Position numbers and translations under genes: made by a program. Below, in pieces: positions 18,948 to 33,600 of a stretch of DNA of 64,000 nucleotides (within the stretch, counting starts at the first letter, position 1; every line of letters begins with the position of its first letter). The DNA lies in assembly GCA_051362555.1 (NCBI GenBank), contig CM120640.1:41332788-41396787 (forward strand), written 5' to 3'. The stretch is from Lingula anatina. Lineage: Eukaryota > Animalia > Brachiopoda. The notes beneath the pieces were generated by a model, which was not told the origin of the DNA, ran no database searches, and saw only the letters and a program-made list of their open reading frames with translations.

Positions 18948-21900
18948 TAATGAAATGCAAAACTTGAGCGCATAATAAAGCATAAATCTATTGGAACTGT
19001 TTGAACAAATAAAAAATGTGCCAGCAACTAAAAAACTTTAAACAAAATTGTATAGATTTCAAAAGTCATCTCACCACTCCCACGTAGGCCTATATCTAAG
19101 GGAAAACATCCAGTTAAACGAACGTTTTCAATCCCAAATGTATTATTATTTTATTTTTAATGTCCGTTGTTCAGAACTGAATAATCTTATTAGAGATGTT
19201 TTAGAACAAAGTTAGTTTTTTTTTCCTTTTTTTATTTTTAGAAATATTCGGTATGGCTTGACAATCCTGGATATAGGAAGCCTGTAAGATAGGATAGGAT
19301 TAAAGGAGGCTTGTAGTAGAAAAAGGAATAGGAGTTAAAATAATTTTAATTAAAATTCATAAATTGAAATCAGATCGGCCTAAGTGTAACATTTTAAATA
19401 GCATAACAAGTATGTGGGCTACATAAGTGAAACAGGTAGGCCTACCCATGATATACCTGATATAATTTATCGCTGTAGGCCTATACATAAAGATCGCTTT
19501 ATGGTAAATGTTTGCACTCTATCAACAACCAAGAAAAATGTTTTGGCTCAACTGTAGCAATGGCGTCCAATTCGTATCAGTCAGAGAACTTGGTGAAACG
19601 CAACCATTGTATTCTTAAATTGTATAGAAATAAAGTTGAAGACTCCAAATGACAAATGGAACGAATTTTATTCATGTAGCCTACACATTTGGAATAGACG
19701 CTTAAAATGGTATTCGGACCTTAATCCTGGGTTAGCAATGAAACTATCCAATGGACCTACAGTAGACAAGTTTTGCTGTTAAACAGTTTAATTTTTTTAT
19801 TCTTAAAATTATTTTATTTGATACCAAATTCAAACTGACCTGCTAAGTTTTCTCATTTCTAGTGTTGATTTAATTCTTCTTTTTGTATGTGTTGTATTTC
19901 ACTTAAACAAGAAGGACCTTTTGAACATGGTGAAGTCGACAACTGACAATTTATAATTCACCATGTCACCGAAATTGACATTTTATTTTAGTGATTACAA
20001 AACTAGAAGTAACTTATGTACGACAAATGCAGAAAAAATGATAGATTACGCTTTTTTCTTTTCTTTTTAGTACGTTGCAAAGGACCTTTTTATAATCTGC
20101 ATTTATTTCTGAAATCGTTAGAAAATATATTGAAGCAGAAGCCATTTTATCAGTTTATTCTTGTTATGACAGTTATTGGGGTAATGTTATAACTAAAGTA
20201 GGCTAATTATGGGACACATTCCTTAAGTTTTTAATTAGTCAATCAATACAATCTCATATAGTATCAAAAACCTTTGGCAGATCAGGAAAAGTAAGAGGGA
20301 GAAGATTTAAGTTTGAGGTGCCTTTGAAAGGGGACTGGGTCTAAAGCCCCAATTTTATTTTTTAAAAGGGTTGGGAGTAGGCTGAAACCTAAATCAGCTA
20401 TAAGCGTGTTTATAAGTTACAGAAAATGTCATAATGGCGCTATAAAACATGAACTGGAAATGCAAACCCACATTTAGGGTGAACAATGATTTTTAGAAAA
20501 CCAGTATGTGAAACGTTTGATTTGTGGGTTTAACATCATTTTTTAATTTCCTAAGGCGATTTCTTGAAAAGGTATCCGATAAATCTGCGTTTTGGCCCAC
20601 ACTTCCATAAGAAAAATAAAATTAACGATTTTGTATGACTGCATAAAAAATGATAGGCCAGCATGGTCTTTTTTTTCATAATAGGATACTCGTTTGGAAC
20701 AAGTATTTTTGTTTTTGTAGCCTTTTTTGCTTTGTCAAATTCTCTTTAAAATATTCGAGGTATTTTTTCCATATTTTTTCTCTGTTTTATTTGCAATTTA
20801 TTTTCTAGAAAATTGTGGTTTTCTAGTCAGGCAAGCAAAAATTCTTGGCGTCGGAAGTAACCGAACTTGATTCTTCCGAAACACTGACATTCTATATTCG
20901 AGTTATCACTTCTAAATAATTGATACATTGTTTTCAGCTCTGGTAAAGATGTCAATTTCAATAAGTAATCAGTTTATTGAAATTAGATTATAGTTTTGGG
21001 ATCATTGAGGGTCTCAAAATACAGACATCTGGCAAGGTGGCGAAAGGCTTGACGGTTTGCAACAGGTTTACTGGGCTATCCAAACCGCCGGTAGCACGCG
21101 AGGAAGTCCACCGCCCCGCCTGCCCCTAATGCAACCTACCACGAACGGACATAGGATGCTAATGGCATCATTTTTGAGCAACGGCGTCTGAATAGCGGTG
21201 TGATGTAACCCTAATGTCCATCCAATTTCTAGCACATTAGCGGCCGAGATGATGATAAATGGTCATTAATGCGCCATTGATTTCTCTAGTTTCTTGGAAC
21301 GTTGAAACGTGAAGACTTCGTGTCATGCGAGGTCCAAGTTGTAATCGACAGGAGACATTGTTTCAAAACCAATGTAATAATGCAGTCAAATAAGAATAAT
21401 TCATACAATTAATCCGAAAATGTCAAAGACCTTTCTTTGTCTAATACATATGTTTACTAGCACTAGGTGGCAGCTGAATTATTCATTTGAAAAATAAATG
21501 CCATATTGTGTGCTTTAGTTCGAGTTCTTTCAATTTTATCACAGATTTTTAATTGGACAATAAACGTACAGTGTATATCCTAGAAAAATATAAATCGCAT
21601 TTTTCGAGATTTGCATTTTGGTTCTACGATTGATTTAAATTGAAAAAAACATACCATATATTTTTAGTAATGTTGTTAAAGATTGGTGAAAATAAAAGAA
21701 ATTGTCGTAAAATACGAATGGTTAGTCTTCTTCGGCTGGACCTGGTACAATATAAAACTACGCATTTTAAAATTATGACACACTTTGCAACCCAGTTTAT
21801 ATGACGAAGGTCTCGGATATCGATTTCTAACTACCGGATGGAACTAAACTCCAGGCTTGCCCACACAATCAATAGGTTTTTACAGATTTATCACAGATTT

Positions 21901-24900
21901 ATAGAGTAGAACCAGTCACCATCAGAGCATCCATCCCAAACCCTGCCAAGCCAATGACGCCATTCCCTGACGAAGGAGCTGTAAAAAAGACCATTCCTAA
22001 TTCAGATCAGTTCAGAGAGACATTTCAAAGGACAAGGGTGAATTTTACCAAATGAACTTTGTCAGTTGTTTTAATTTTTCATTTTTATAATTAGATTTTG
22101 ACTGCAAAAATCTGCTTAGCATTGCCGGAATAAGTGGCTTGACAGTTGGAAACCTTAGATATTAACTTCTAAGTGGGCTGCAGCAGTACTGATCACCAAT
22201 CTATTTTACAGATGCGCACATGTTCAAGGAAAAAAGTAAGGCAAACAGTCGGGAAATAATAACAACTAAGAAAGAAATGTACCATCTCGCTATTCATTTT
22301 TTTAGGAAAACAGGATGCTTTTGTTTTTTATTTTCTTTTTCCGGTGTTGACTTTTGTTTCATTATTATGGGCAATTTTTGGATAATTTCTGTGCTACCGT
22401 CGCCATGCACAGCCTTATTACGAAAAGTTAGTAGCAAGCATTTGTCGTTGTGCTAAAGAGATGAAAGATAGCGCTGTGCTGTTGTTTTTCTTGTTCCACC
22501 ACATTTGCGACACCTGCAGTGATTTTAACAGACTTTACACATGTTCCACGTTAGAAATTCATGATACTATGTATAATACATCAGAGGCCTTTTTCCTTTG
22601 ATTTTTAGCCAGCGAAAAGTCAAGGGGATTTAGCTTTGACAAGAGAAGCAGCGGAGGAGAAAATGTTTGCAGGTCCTATGTGAGTCACGAACGCCGAGGT
22701 ATGGCAGAGAAGAAATAAAACGCGGTGGCGTTGTGATCTTTTCAGCAGAACAGTTTGTCAGGGCAATTGGTCAAATACCCGCAAGACAATTTCACAGACG
22801 AACAGTGAGGCCGTCAAGTGTGAATTTTTAACTTCAAATTAACTTTCAAATCACCATTCGGTAGTCAATGAAAGAGTATAAACATTTGCTATGAACTCTG
22901 CTTTTCACAGACGTTCTGGAGGCCACTTTAATTAATTATTACAAGCCGTCAAGAACACACATATGAACAACACCAGCAAACTGATGTGTCATCCCGATTA
23001 CATGTGCATCAGCAGATATGAAGTAGTAGATATGGATAATTAATTATTTGCTTTTTACTGTAAGGATTTGGCTTTACTGCACAAATACAGATTACCATTA
23101 AAGTCTATTTATTGCTCTAATATGCTGTTAATTCTGATGTCAAATTTGTGTGCGCAGAATTGTAGAGATTCTTGAAATTTTATTTTTTATGTCATGGATT
23201 TTGTGTCCTTTTAACAACAACAACAAAGAGAAAAACGAAATTCCAAATCATTTAGTTTATAATTTTTCTTCAATATATAAATAGAAAATATGAAAATTAT
23301 TTTCATGCGAACATCATGAAACCAATTATTATAAGGAAAAATCAAATTACATTATTTCATAAATATTTTGAATGTTAGTCGTACAAGAGAATTCAACGGT
23401 TATGATTTTTGCATAGGATTTCGTTATCTACAATAGCATAATCTTCACTCGAATGCGGGAGAAACTTTAATATTTCAGCTGATTCTACTTGTATTTTAGC
23501 ATGCGGAAACGACAGCTTTACACGACTCTGTTCTCTATGCAGAATATATTATAAGCATCACTTTTGTAACACGTTTTGAACAGTACGCTTCTGCGTGTTT
23601 CCTATGTGTCGAACAGAATATAGATATGTTTTTTTGTCAGATTAATTAACCATCACGTTATCATTTATATTGATACAGCGAAAACGTGCCATATAATCAT
23701 GAAATAATTCCTATACGCACGTTTCTTCAAAATTAACTCTGAGGAGGTCTTCAATAGGGCATTCGTGTTTATATTTTGTTGCCAAGTTTAGTATTTTGAA
23801 AAGTAAACCACTATTTTCGGTCATGTCAGGGAATGATATATTATCTTTTCAAAGAGATAAGAATGATTTATTGTTTTTTTTAGAAACCCGCACTCGGATT
23901 AGATTTGGGTTCAAATATTCGAACATCACAATCCTGACCTGCTGATAAAATCTGAATCGCTGTTTTTCACATTTTTATATTAAGATTATATGCGACTCAA
24001 ATATTTTCGAGAGAGTTGCGTTTTCTCCCTAAATTCGTGATATTTATAAAATATTTTGAGCCAATATATACCACATCTTTTCAATAAGATACTCATGACT
24101 AAAATTCATGATAAATAAACTATTCCTCATCCTCAAAAACATACCTTATATCTTGATTAAAAACAAATAAGCCAAATTGTTCTATAGTTGATTTAATTTA
24201 TTTTGTAATTTTTTGTTGAATTTTTTAAACATTATTAACACTTGGAGTCACAGGTGGACTTGTCGGTATTACTATCCACTACTGATTGTATAGACCTAGT
24301 AAGAGCTATTTTTACAACACTGACTGTCATGGACACGAATTACAAACAGGAGGAAGAAGATGGTGAGATCTATACAAGGTGCATGGGTTAGAAAACCATC
24401 ATAGAAAAGAAACAGAACGTGTTTCCTCGATCACTTTCTATATAAGTTATCTCGAATTGATACCTTTAATGAAGCAAAAAAAGCTACTGACCTGCCTAAA
24501 CGTATTAGTTGAGAGAATGGTTAACATACACGTTAGATTCTATACCATTTAAACGATATGTAACACAGGTACATTGTACTGCCAGGGAATAACCACATCA
24601 CAACAATGTCAACCAAAAAATATAACACGATTTAACAACTAATGTCTACAACAAAAATCGTCAGCAAATTCATTAGGTGACTTAGATCTTCTGGACATAT
24701 TGCAGAAATAGTTTAGACATTCAATCTATTCTAGGAAAAGATCACTTACAAAGTCGAATTGCATATGAAAGTAAAAGCCGTTTGCAGTTGTCTTGGAATA
24801 GCACCTTCAAAATATAATAATTGAAAAATAAATCACACATTTGATAATTATATTTCATCTTAAAATTGTGCTCTTGCTTCCCTAAGAGGAAGAAAGGAAT

Positions 24901-25901
24901 AACGTGCGAGGGTTGCTGCTATCCCCCATATTACTCCAAGGGAAAATATATCGTACACACACACATTACTGCCATTCATTCTTAAATTAACGAAGAAACT
25001 ATAAAAAATTATTTTTGACAGATAAATTCTCCCCATTCTCTCACCAGTCTTTTAGATGACAGTAGGGGCTACTTGCTGATATCTACTACAACCCTCTTAC
25101 CTGCACAAAAACATTTTGTGCCTCTGACAAAAAATTCCAATATTAATGAAAACGTGGTTTCCGGGACCTCTGACTTAAAAACATCACAGCGCTGAACGGG
25201 AGCGCCTCGTGCTATTTGAAAGTGAAGACGGTTTTGTGTTTCAAAATCGTAGCGTTATGAATGCAATGATAACTACTTTCATACTTCTGCAATATCTGGA
25301 AGGTCTAACGTGACAGTGATGCCCGTCTGACAGCCAGGATAAAGAAAATGTCTACCTCCGTGCGCTCTCCAAATGAGGCCTTAGAACTGATGACTATATC
25401 ACGGAGAAATGAGATTCTACTATTGAAATGCTGCACAGTCCAGCCTGCCGAATGAGCACGGCTGAACAGGAAAATTCACGTCGTATCACATTAAAGTAGG
25501 TATATTGTAAGCCACTGTCTCGCGGAGGTCTGACATATGCTTTAAGAATGTGCGTGTAATTGGCATTGGTTGGGTCCCCATCTTTTACCTTGGAAAACCC
25601 ACTGAACCATCGACAGTCCAATCGGAACACAGACTGTTGAAAGAAAACAAACCAACAACAGAGATTCCTTTTTTCCAATAAGTCCTTTTCAATTAATGAG
25701 TGTATTAAATAAAAAACATTGGCAAGAGTTTCTTTCATTCACTGAATGTCCTTTCACCTAAGATTCCGGAGATTTCCTCCAGTTCCTTTGCTTCTAGCGA
25801 TCATTTCCCCCCCAGAATCTCCATCCCTCTGTCCCAACTCTGCAGGGTATGAAGGGGATGACAATGCGTTGGGTGTGACGCTAAGCGACATAACGGTGGT
25901 A

Positions 25902-26080
25902 TCACCATGCTTCCCCCATCTCTGCCGGATGTTGCATCCCAGCACCGAATCCGTTTGGCGCTAGTCCCCTGGGTGGACCCCCGGGACCGAAATCTGGATG
26001 CGTCATCATGGGCTCTGGACTGGAATTCGGGTTCATCATGTCTCCCGGCTGCATGTAGTGACCTTCTTGTCCCATTCCAC
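25902..26080 (-). CDS. Lhx1/5: Lhx1/5 exon 6 (terminal)
   Basis: [58 protein letters not shown]; resembles the Lhx1 C-terminal EMNE..W motif. Confidence 0.88.
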
Positions 26081-27618
26081 CTGCAACAGTAATAGTAGTA
26101 AAACATCACTTTAATAATACAGAAAATGTCAAATAATGAAAAACGTATACAGACTACTTTTGAAAATAAAGCGGTTTAATTTGTTTTGTATGTTCACTGA
26201 TCCAATCAAGAGCATATCACTGGTTATATGTCTTATTTCATATGTTAGTTTTAGCCTTTCATTCTACCTATTTCGAAACATTCACAATGCCAGAATTTTT
26301 AAGTCAAATTTGACACCCCCCCCCCCCCAACAATATTCGAAAGACCAAAAGTCAACCAGGTGCGGGTCTAAATAAAGTTAGCCGATGTTTGATAGATCGG
26401 CAGACTTGGCGAGCGCTAAGATGGGAATGTAGATTTCAAGTTGGTTGCAAACTAACACCTTCTCAAGTATTAATTGAATGTGGCTTGTTTTATGATAGTG
26501 GAAGGCGGGAGAGGGGAGAGGTAGAAGCAAGGTCTGGGGTTTGTGTTTGTGGAACCTCCAGTTATGCACAGCGAGCTTTGAAGTGCTGTGCTTAATTCTA
26601 TCTTGAGCCGAGATCAGAAGGCGCAAGGGCTGGGCGACTCGCATGTCGCGGCCTCAGCTCCTTGGCTCAGCTGGCAGGGGTAGCGCATTCTTGCTCAGCA
26701 GAAAATGGCGCTGTGATTGGCACAGACAGTTGTAGCCACCGGGATGGCTTATCGACACCCGTGACCCGTCACCCCGAGCTAAGTAAATAGTTACTTTTTG
26801 CTTTGTTTTTTATCACTTGACGCGCATAGGATCTTCAGTATGTAATCAGTAGCAATACCAAGTAAGCTAAATTTGGAACGTAAGTTTTTGCCCTGCAAGA
26901 TCAATGCATTTCTTTCAGCAACACGGCTTTTTGTAACATTTAAACATTTCCTAAAAGCCGAAACATTTTTTCAAAATCAATAATATATAAAGGGTCCAGG
27001 CTTCACTGTCAGATACGCTTGTTCGGGGAATGGAGTTGCACGCGGAAGATCCCCTCCCACCGGCCGCAAACCGGAGCCTATTGATCAAACGCTACCTAAT
27101 TGACTGCAGCGTGTTTTAATTTTCAATACCACTGATCACAGCTTAGGCTCGAGCTCAGATATTTCTCTGCCCTTTTCCGTAATTTCGTGATGTATCTAAA
27201 ATATTACCCAAAAAGACATCGTGCATCCAGGTAACGTTTGAACCTGAGACACGGAGAAACCTCACGAGGAGGTCGTCACGGACAAGAGAACCCTACCTTC
27301 TAACAACCAGTGACGTCGTATGTGGCTAAATTCGCGATCATTTTACACACACACACACACACACATACACACATTTATAACTGTTTATGAAGAGAAATTT
27401 GTGATCAATAAAGACATATTTCAAACTGGCGCTTTACATATTATTTGATCATTATATACGTATATGATATTTATTATTGCTATTTATATCATATCTCTTT
27501 GACAGAAAACAGAATTCTTTATCTAGACGATGTCCAATAATCCATGCGTATAGATAAGTGAAAGGAACACCACAATCCAAATGAAATGATAAATCTCCCC
27601 CCCCCCAAAAAAAAAAAA

Positions 27619-27686
<68 letters not shown>

Positions 27687-30600
27687 AATCGATTCGCTAT
27701 AAATAAGTTCGTTTTCTTACCATGCATTTGTTCCATGTTTCCTCCAGGTGGCATAAAATTCATGCTTCCCGGCTCAGCTTGGCCCTGTTGTCCAGGGAAG
27801 AATTCATTGTAATTATACCCTGGGTAAAAACCTTCGTCTGAAATACAAATAGAAAAAAACTATAAATACCTTTATAGTTATCAACTGTAAAAATCAGTTG
27901 AATACATGAATGAAAATAGAAATTTATGAAAATAGATATAAATGTCGAAAGAAAAAATAAAATAACATTGGAATCCTCTAACTATATTTGCATGTTTTAA
28001 TACCGTCTGGAAGCAGTGGCTAGAAGCGTAATTGGACCTCATTTGTTCTGAGCAATTTCATTTTATCAATAATGATTTCAAATTGTCACTCATCTGGTTA
28101 CCAGGGTGATGTTATTGGGCTTTAATTTGAAATTAATCATGGTATAATTGCATAATTTGGACGTGTAAATGAAATAATGATGTGTTCAGCGTGCGCCGTC
28201 TGTTGTTTGATTACAGACTTGGCCGTGCTTCCTGTGGTGTTGTTGAGTCTGGCCACGTTGCACAGACACTGGTTTTGAGGGGAAAAAACACGCCCCGAGT
28301 CGTAAAGGCATATGTTATCTTAACTAGTTCAAATGCTTTTCTTTAAAATTTCAAAATGCTGCAGGGAAGGAACATTTTGGTAAATCAAAGTTTAATGTGA
28401 ATATGTCTTGATTATTTGTGTAAGGACGCAGAAAAAAACGCGTCAAATCAAAGTGCTTTTGGATTCGATATATTATCCTTCACACGAAAGAAAAAATGGC
28501 TGCCTTGTAAAAATCAGAAGTAGAGTAACAAATTTGCGACGGATACCACTTCTCAGGCATGCGCTTCTGACGCAAGATGGACATTTCGTAGTAGATTAAC
28601 TAAGAGCATCTTCCGCTTGCGGAATATTTGAAGTGAGTAATGTGATCTGGCTGTGAGTCGTGGCTGTATGCAGGGAAGGTAAGCTATGCTTGGCGTACAC
28701 CTGTCCCACCTGGAGGGGGGTTCACCTAGCGCCATGGGCACACCAATCGCGAAAGTGGAGGAAGTGGGTTTATAAAATAAAAAAGATAAAAACTCCACGC
28801 GCATAGCCCCAATCATAGATAAGTAGAAAGACGGAACATGGACTGCATGAAGCACTGCAATGTAAACATCAAATTGGTGAATTTTGCATAACGAGATTTT
28901 TTGAAATTTTCAAGCGTGCCAACACGCCCACCCTCACAAACAGAGAAACAAACAAATAAACATGAATAGTGCCGCATAAAAGAATGTCGACCAAAAATAT
29001 CAATTTTTGGAATGGCGCCGGTATGCTTCATTTGGAAGTTCGTGACTGCAACAAAAAGAAGCTACGGTATGCCACTGCAACCTGACGCAACGGCTACAAC
29101 TTGAAACTACATACGCGACCGAGTCCTGGTAGCGAATACACGAACCAGTTGACTTCAAAGAGAACTTTTACACTCAATTTCGTAACGTTGAGAAACCCTT
29201 TGCAGTGCCTTTGTCTCCCATTATTTTGATTGTTCCAGTATAGTGTTATATAATTCCACGCAAACGGATTGTATGTGCTCTTCTGTTCTATATCGGGAGT
29301 AAGAACCGAGGCGTTGTGAATGATTTTTGCAAAAGAGGACTTTTCACCGTCCATAATTTAAGGATAAATGAAACGAGTCGTGTCTTTGGTAAATATGTGA
29401 TTAAGCATAAAAAATTCAGCACACTGAGAGCTGCAAGTTAATACACCAAAGAAGCAGATTGGCAACAGACCTCAAACAATAACTGAAAAAATTGCATTCA
29501 AAAGCACATGGTTTTTAAAATAAAATTCAACCAAGCCCAATTTCCGAACAAACAATGGCCCTCATCCCAGGCAATCGGAATTAAAAAGACTAAATAGAAA
29601 ACACGAGACCTGTCCCGTAGTAAAGAGTTTAGATTAAGGCATCTGTTGAGCAGTTTGAACGAGCTCAATAGTCTACCCGCATGGTAACTCACCCGCATAC
29701 GGTGCCAAACTTATTGAGGCGGAACAAGGTTCCATGAATTCAATTTTCTTACAGAATAATTGAAACAAGATACAGCTGTTCTTGCAAATAGGTGAAGAAT
29801 TTTTAAATATGATGGTTAATTGTTAATTATGTTACATTATTAGGAATTTAAATGTACGACCGGCTTGCTGTCGAATGTTTGCTGGTAGCTTTGTTTGATT
29901 TCTAAGAGTGAAGGCGTCTGAGGCTATGAGGAAGTATGGTAAATATATCTTATTACCGCCAGTATGGCCCACATTTCATGGGAAAGGCAACAACCCTTCA
30001 ATGATCATGAGTCTTACCTCTTATTTTTGGATAAGACGTCTAAATTTAGCTTGAATTGGTTCAGTTATGAATTTATGCACCAAAATTTCGCTCGTCTATG
30101 TCGATTTGAAAAAAGAGAGAAATGTACTCACCAGTGAAATACCCGAACCCTGGATTTCCCATCATTTCCGGACTGTCGTCTAGTTCCGGGGACATCCCCG
30201 ACCTGAGCGCGCGCATCCTTCTCGGACTCCGGAAGAAATGTCGTCTGGCCCCAAGTGCACTAAGTTGTTTCATGCGGCGCTCTTTAGAACGACGGTTCTG
30301 AAACCATACCTGGAAGAAAACATTTTTCATCAGAATAATCTTTACTTCAAAATTCGTTCAAAGCTACACGACAAAAGATTCTACGTGAAAGGCTTGCAAA
30401 GAAGACATAACATTACTATGTCCTAGTCCTATGTCCTAGACGTTGTTTTTATTTATTTCGCCACTCGTTAGCATCGTCCTGAGAGACTTTGTCTCATTTG
30501 TAGGATAAACAATAATATGTTGGTTCAATAAACCAAAGAATAAACAGGATGTGTATTTTTTTTTTCAAATTTTGTTTCCCCCCATGTTTATCGGTAGTCC

Positions 30601-33600
30601 TCCGTAACCGCGCCTATTAGAATACAACAATGCTGTACTTAAAGTCATTCAGAAGAAATTGCTTTCGATTTGTCTTATTATGAAGTCGATTATTTTCTGC
30701 ACGAATTAGAAAATCATATCTCTTTATTTACGTTGCAAGAGTTCATTAAGCTCGCACTTTATTTGACGAAGTTCATTAAAATGCAATTAATTAGTTTTTA
30801 TTAAATTTCCCGTCCCTCTTCAAATGCGCTAATCGAAGAAGCGCGTGTATTTTCTTTGAGGTAGAATGCATCGTTCCGACAGCTATTAGTTTTCGATAAC
30901 ATCAATGATAGGTTGAGGTTGGCTCTTCTGGTCCCCCCATCAATTATGTATCAACACTTGTAACAAAATCTGTAAATATATTTACCGATTGGAGATGCCG
31001 ATGAAAAATCGAACGCGCACTCACCCAGGCGAAAAAATACTTCAAATGAAAATTTGATGACGATTAATTGCTAGATTCAGCGCTATTCTCACAATGTTTT
31101 GCCGTGGTTGACCTTTGCGTATTTTAGCGTCCTCAGTGGTATTCTTAATGTGTGATTAACTTCATGTTTCCACTTAAATGCTGCGGTAGAAAAACACGGT
31201 CGATTCACCTTGCAAGAGAAAAAGCTTTGATTACACACCTACAAACACGCAATTTATTTGGGATCAGGGCTTTACTGGTTAGGGTATACATCATATCATA
31301 TCATATTGGTTACAATATCGCTGCATATATAATACTGTTGTCCCCAAGTGGTAGCGTTCCTGCATTAGCTCGCCGCACCTGCACAGCTGTATTTAGAGGG
31401 CTCCGCATCAAGGTTCTCTAGTTTCGCGCCCCACGGCATTGGGCCGACGAGGCTTCTTGCTACTTTCATGTCTCTTCGCTGCGATTACATCTTACAATAA
31501 TAGCCCAGCCCTGAAGGCACACACGTCTTCTGCAAGATCAATGTGCTAGCAAAACTTCTCACTTCTCTTTACTTTTATTTCTGTTTGCGTCCCACCACAG
31601 TTGGTAACACTTATGTTCTCTTGCCAAAACCTGAACTTCAGCCATGCAAACTTTTTTCACTTCAATTGATCTTGTTTCTCGTTTCTATAGCAACAAAAGA
31701 AATCGATACAGAAAAATCTTGCTCCGATTTAAAAAAATATTTTCCGCAAACAACGTATAATCAGCATTAAAAATAATCTATTTTTAAGTGCTTTATAATG
31801 CATGCTACAATGCTTTTACACAATTGCGATAAAAATGTTTAGGGCAAATTAAATACTGAACGCGGTTTGCATGCATAACATTCCGTAAAGGACAATAAAA
31901 CCCCTCCAAGAGCATTTGACTTTTCGTCTAAGTCGATGTTATGGGCCAACGATCTTTCATTTTATCATTTCAAAATATCAAACTTGAGATTGAAAAATAG
32001 CAGTTCATATATCGCGAAAGGTGTATCTAATTTTACCAAAAAAATTTAACGGGAGGATAAAAAAATCTAGAACAATCTTTTTGACAGGTTGCTGGTCGGC
32101 CAATATCGCGTGTCTACATTAACTTCTATGCTAGTAAAGCAATGTGAAAAAAACGATCAAGTGCTTTAACAAAAGACACGCCATATAATGAACGAAAATG
32201 TTAACTAGGCTTCTACCTTCGGGGATTTAAGCTGGGAGAAAAGACGGTTGAACCATCGAGGTCAAGAACCGAACGACTTCCGACAAACGTGAAATACCGA
32301 AAAACACACCGGACACGGGGAATCCAACAGCACGGACATGCCATTGTCAAAATATCCTGCAAGTTACCATGGCAACAGAATAAACGATGCCTGATATGCT
32401 GCTCGTCAAGTCAGATAAAATACTGTGTCTAATGTATTGTATTTCTATTTCATAAAATATGGACGGCGAACGTGTAGTTCGATACTTATATGACAATGGC
32501 AAAGTTTTTGGAAGAGCTTGGGTAAACCGAAGTATTGATGAATGTGACCCTGGAGGTTCGTGCTTCGTCTCTCCAGAGAGAAGTAAGATTGGCGTTTTTT
32601 GATCTCGGCGTATCTGACGGCTCCCTCGACACACATTAATCACTGCACTGCCTTCTGCGCGAGAGATGCAGACGATGAGCAAGAACCCCGCAGACGACCG
32701 GGGATCAAAATTGGCATTGCTGTCGGTTTTTATTGGTCATATAAATTTCGGAAGTGAAATTAAAGTCTTCATACGTACAATGAATAAAATTAAATAAAAT
32801 AGAAAATGGAATAAATGTCATTGTAGATTATTTAAAGTTACATCTAATCCAAGATTTTTCCCCAACAGCTATTGTTTCATATTTTCATATTGCTTGGTTT
32901 TTCATTTCTTATTTCTAGTATTGTTATTAAAAATCTATTCTCTTTCGTACTTTCATCCTAGGTTGACAATATAATCATAACAAATGCTAATAGAGTCACT
33001 GATTTCGCCAAAACTAACAAACAGTCCAACCAAGCAAGTGATTTTTCCCAAATTCTCCAGATGATATTGTAGAATATAAATTATGTTATTTTTCCCCTGG
33101 CACTAACGTCGTGCTCAACCTTATGTGAATACGTTGGCTTATTTACACGGGGGCTAGAATTCGGATCAGGCCATGTCTCGAAATGTTACAGTATCCATCT
33201 AATCCCTCCAATATTTGGGATTGATTTTTGGTGAGGGGTCAATAGTGTCACATATCGGGAGTAAAGGCCGCCAGCTTGGCGCCGTCATCTCTCTGTCGTT
33301 GCCTCATAATACGTGGCCGAAAGTTGGCATTGTTTATTTGTTGATTCGGTTAAGTATAGTGAGCCGAAAAATGAAGGTGTGAATGTTTAGCAAAAAATCT
33401 GTGACACGTGAAAAGAGTTCTAAACTATTAAAAAATTCAATAAAAAGAGCTCCTTTCTTGGTGCCACAATCTGGTGAGGGCCCGAGGTCAGAGAGAGAGA
33501 GAGAGAGGGAGAGAGAAAGAAAGTTCCTTAACGCATTTATATTTTGAAGCAGAAGCAGTTATCTTTTACAGTCTAGACAATGCTTTACTATCGGAAAATC

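Noticed and set aside
25754-26109. ORF-track frames over the last Lhx1/5 exon
   Set aside because: Wrong frames; the phase-consistent frame ends at TGA 25902-25904 with the conserved EMxE..W terminus
26655-26740. tRNA or tRNA-derived SINE (A-box-like TGGCTCAGCTGG)
   Set aside because: No B-box (GTTCRA) and no cloverleaf downstream
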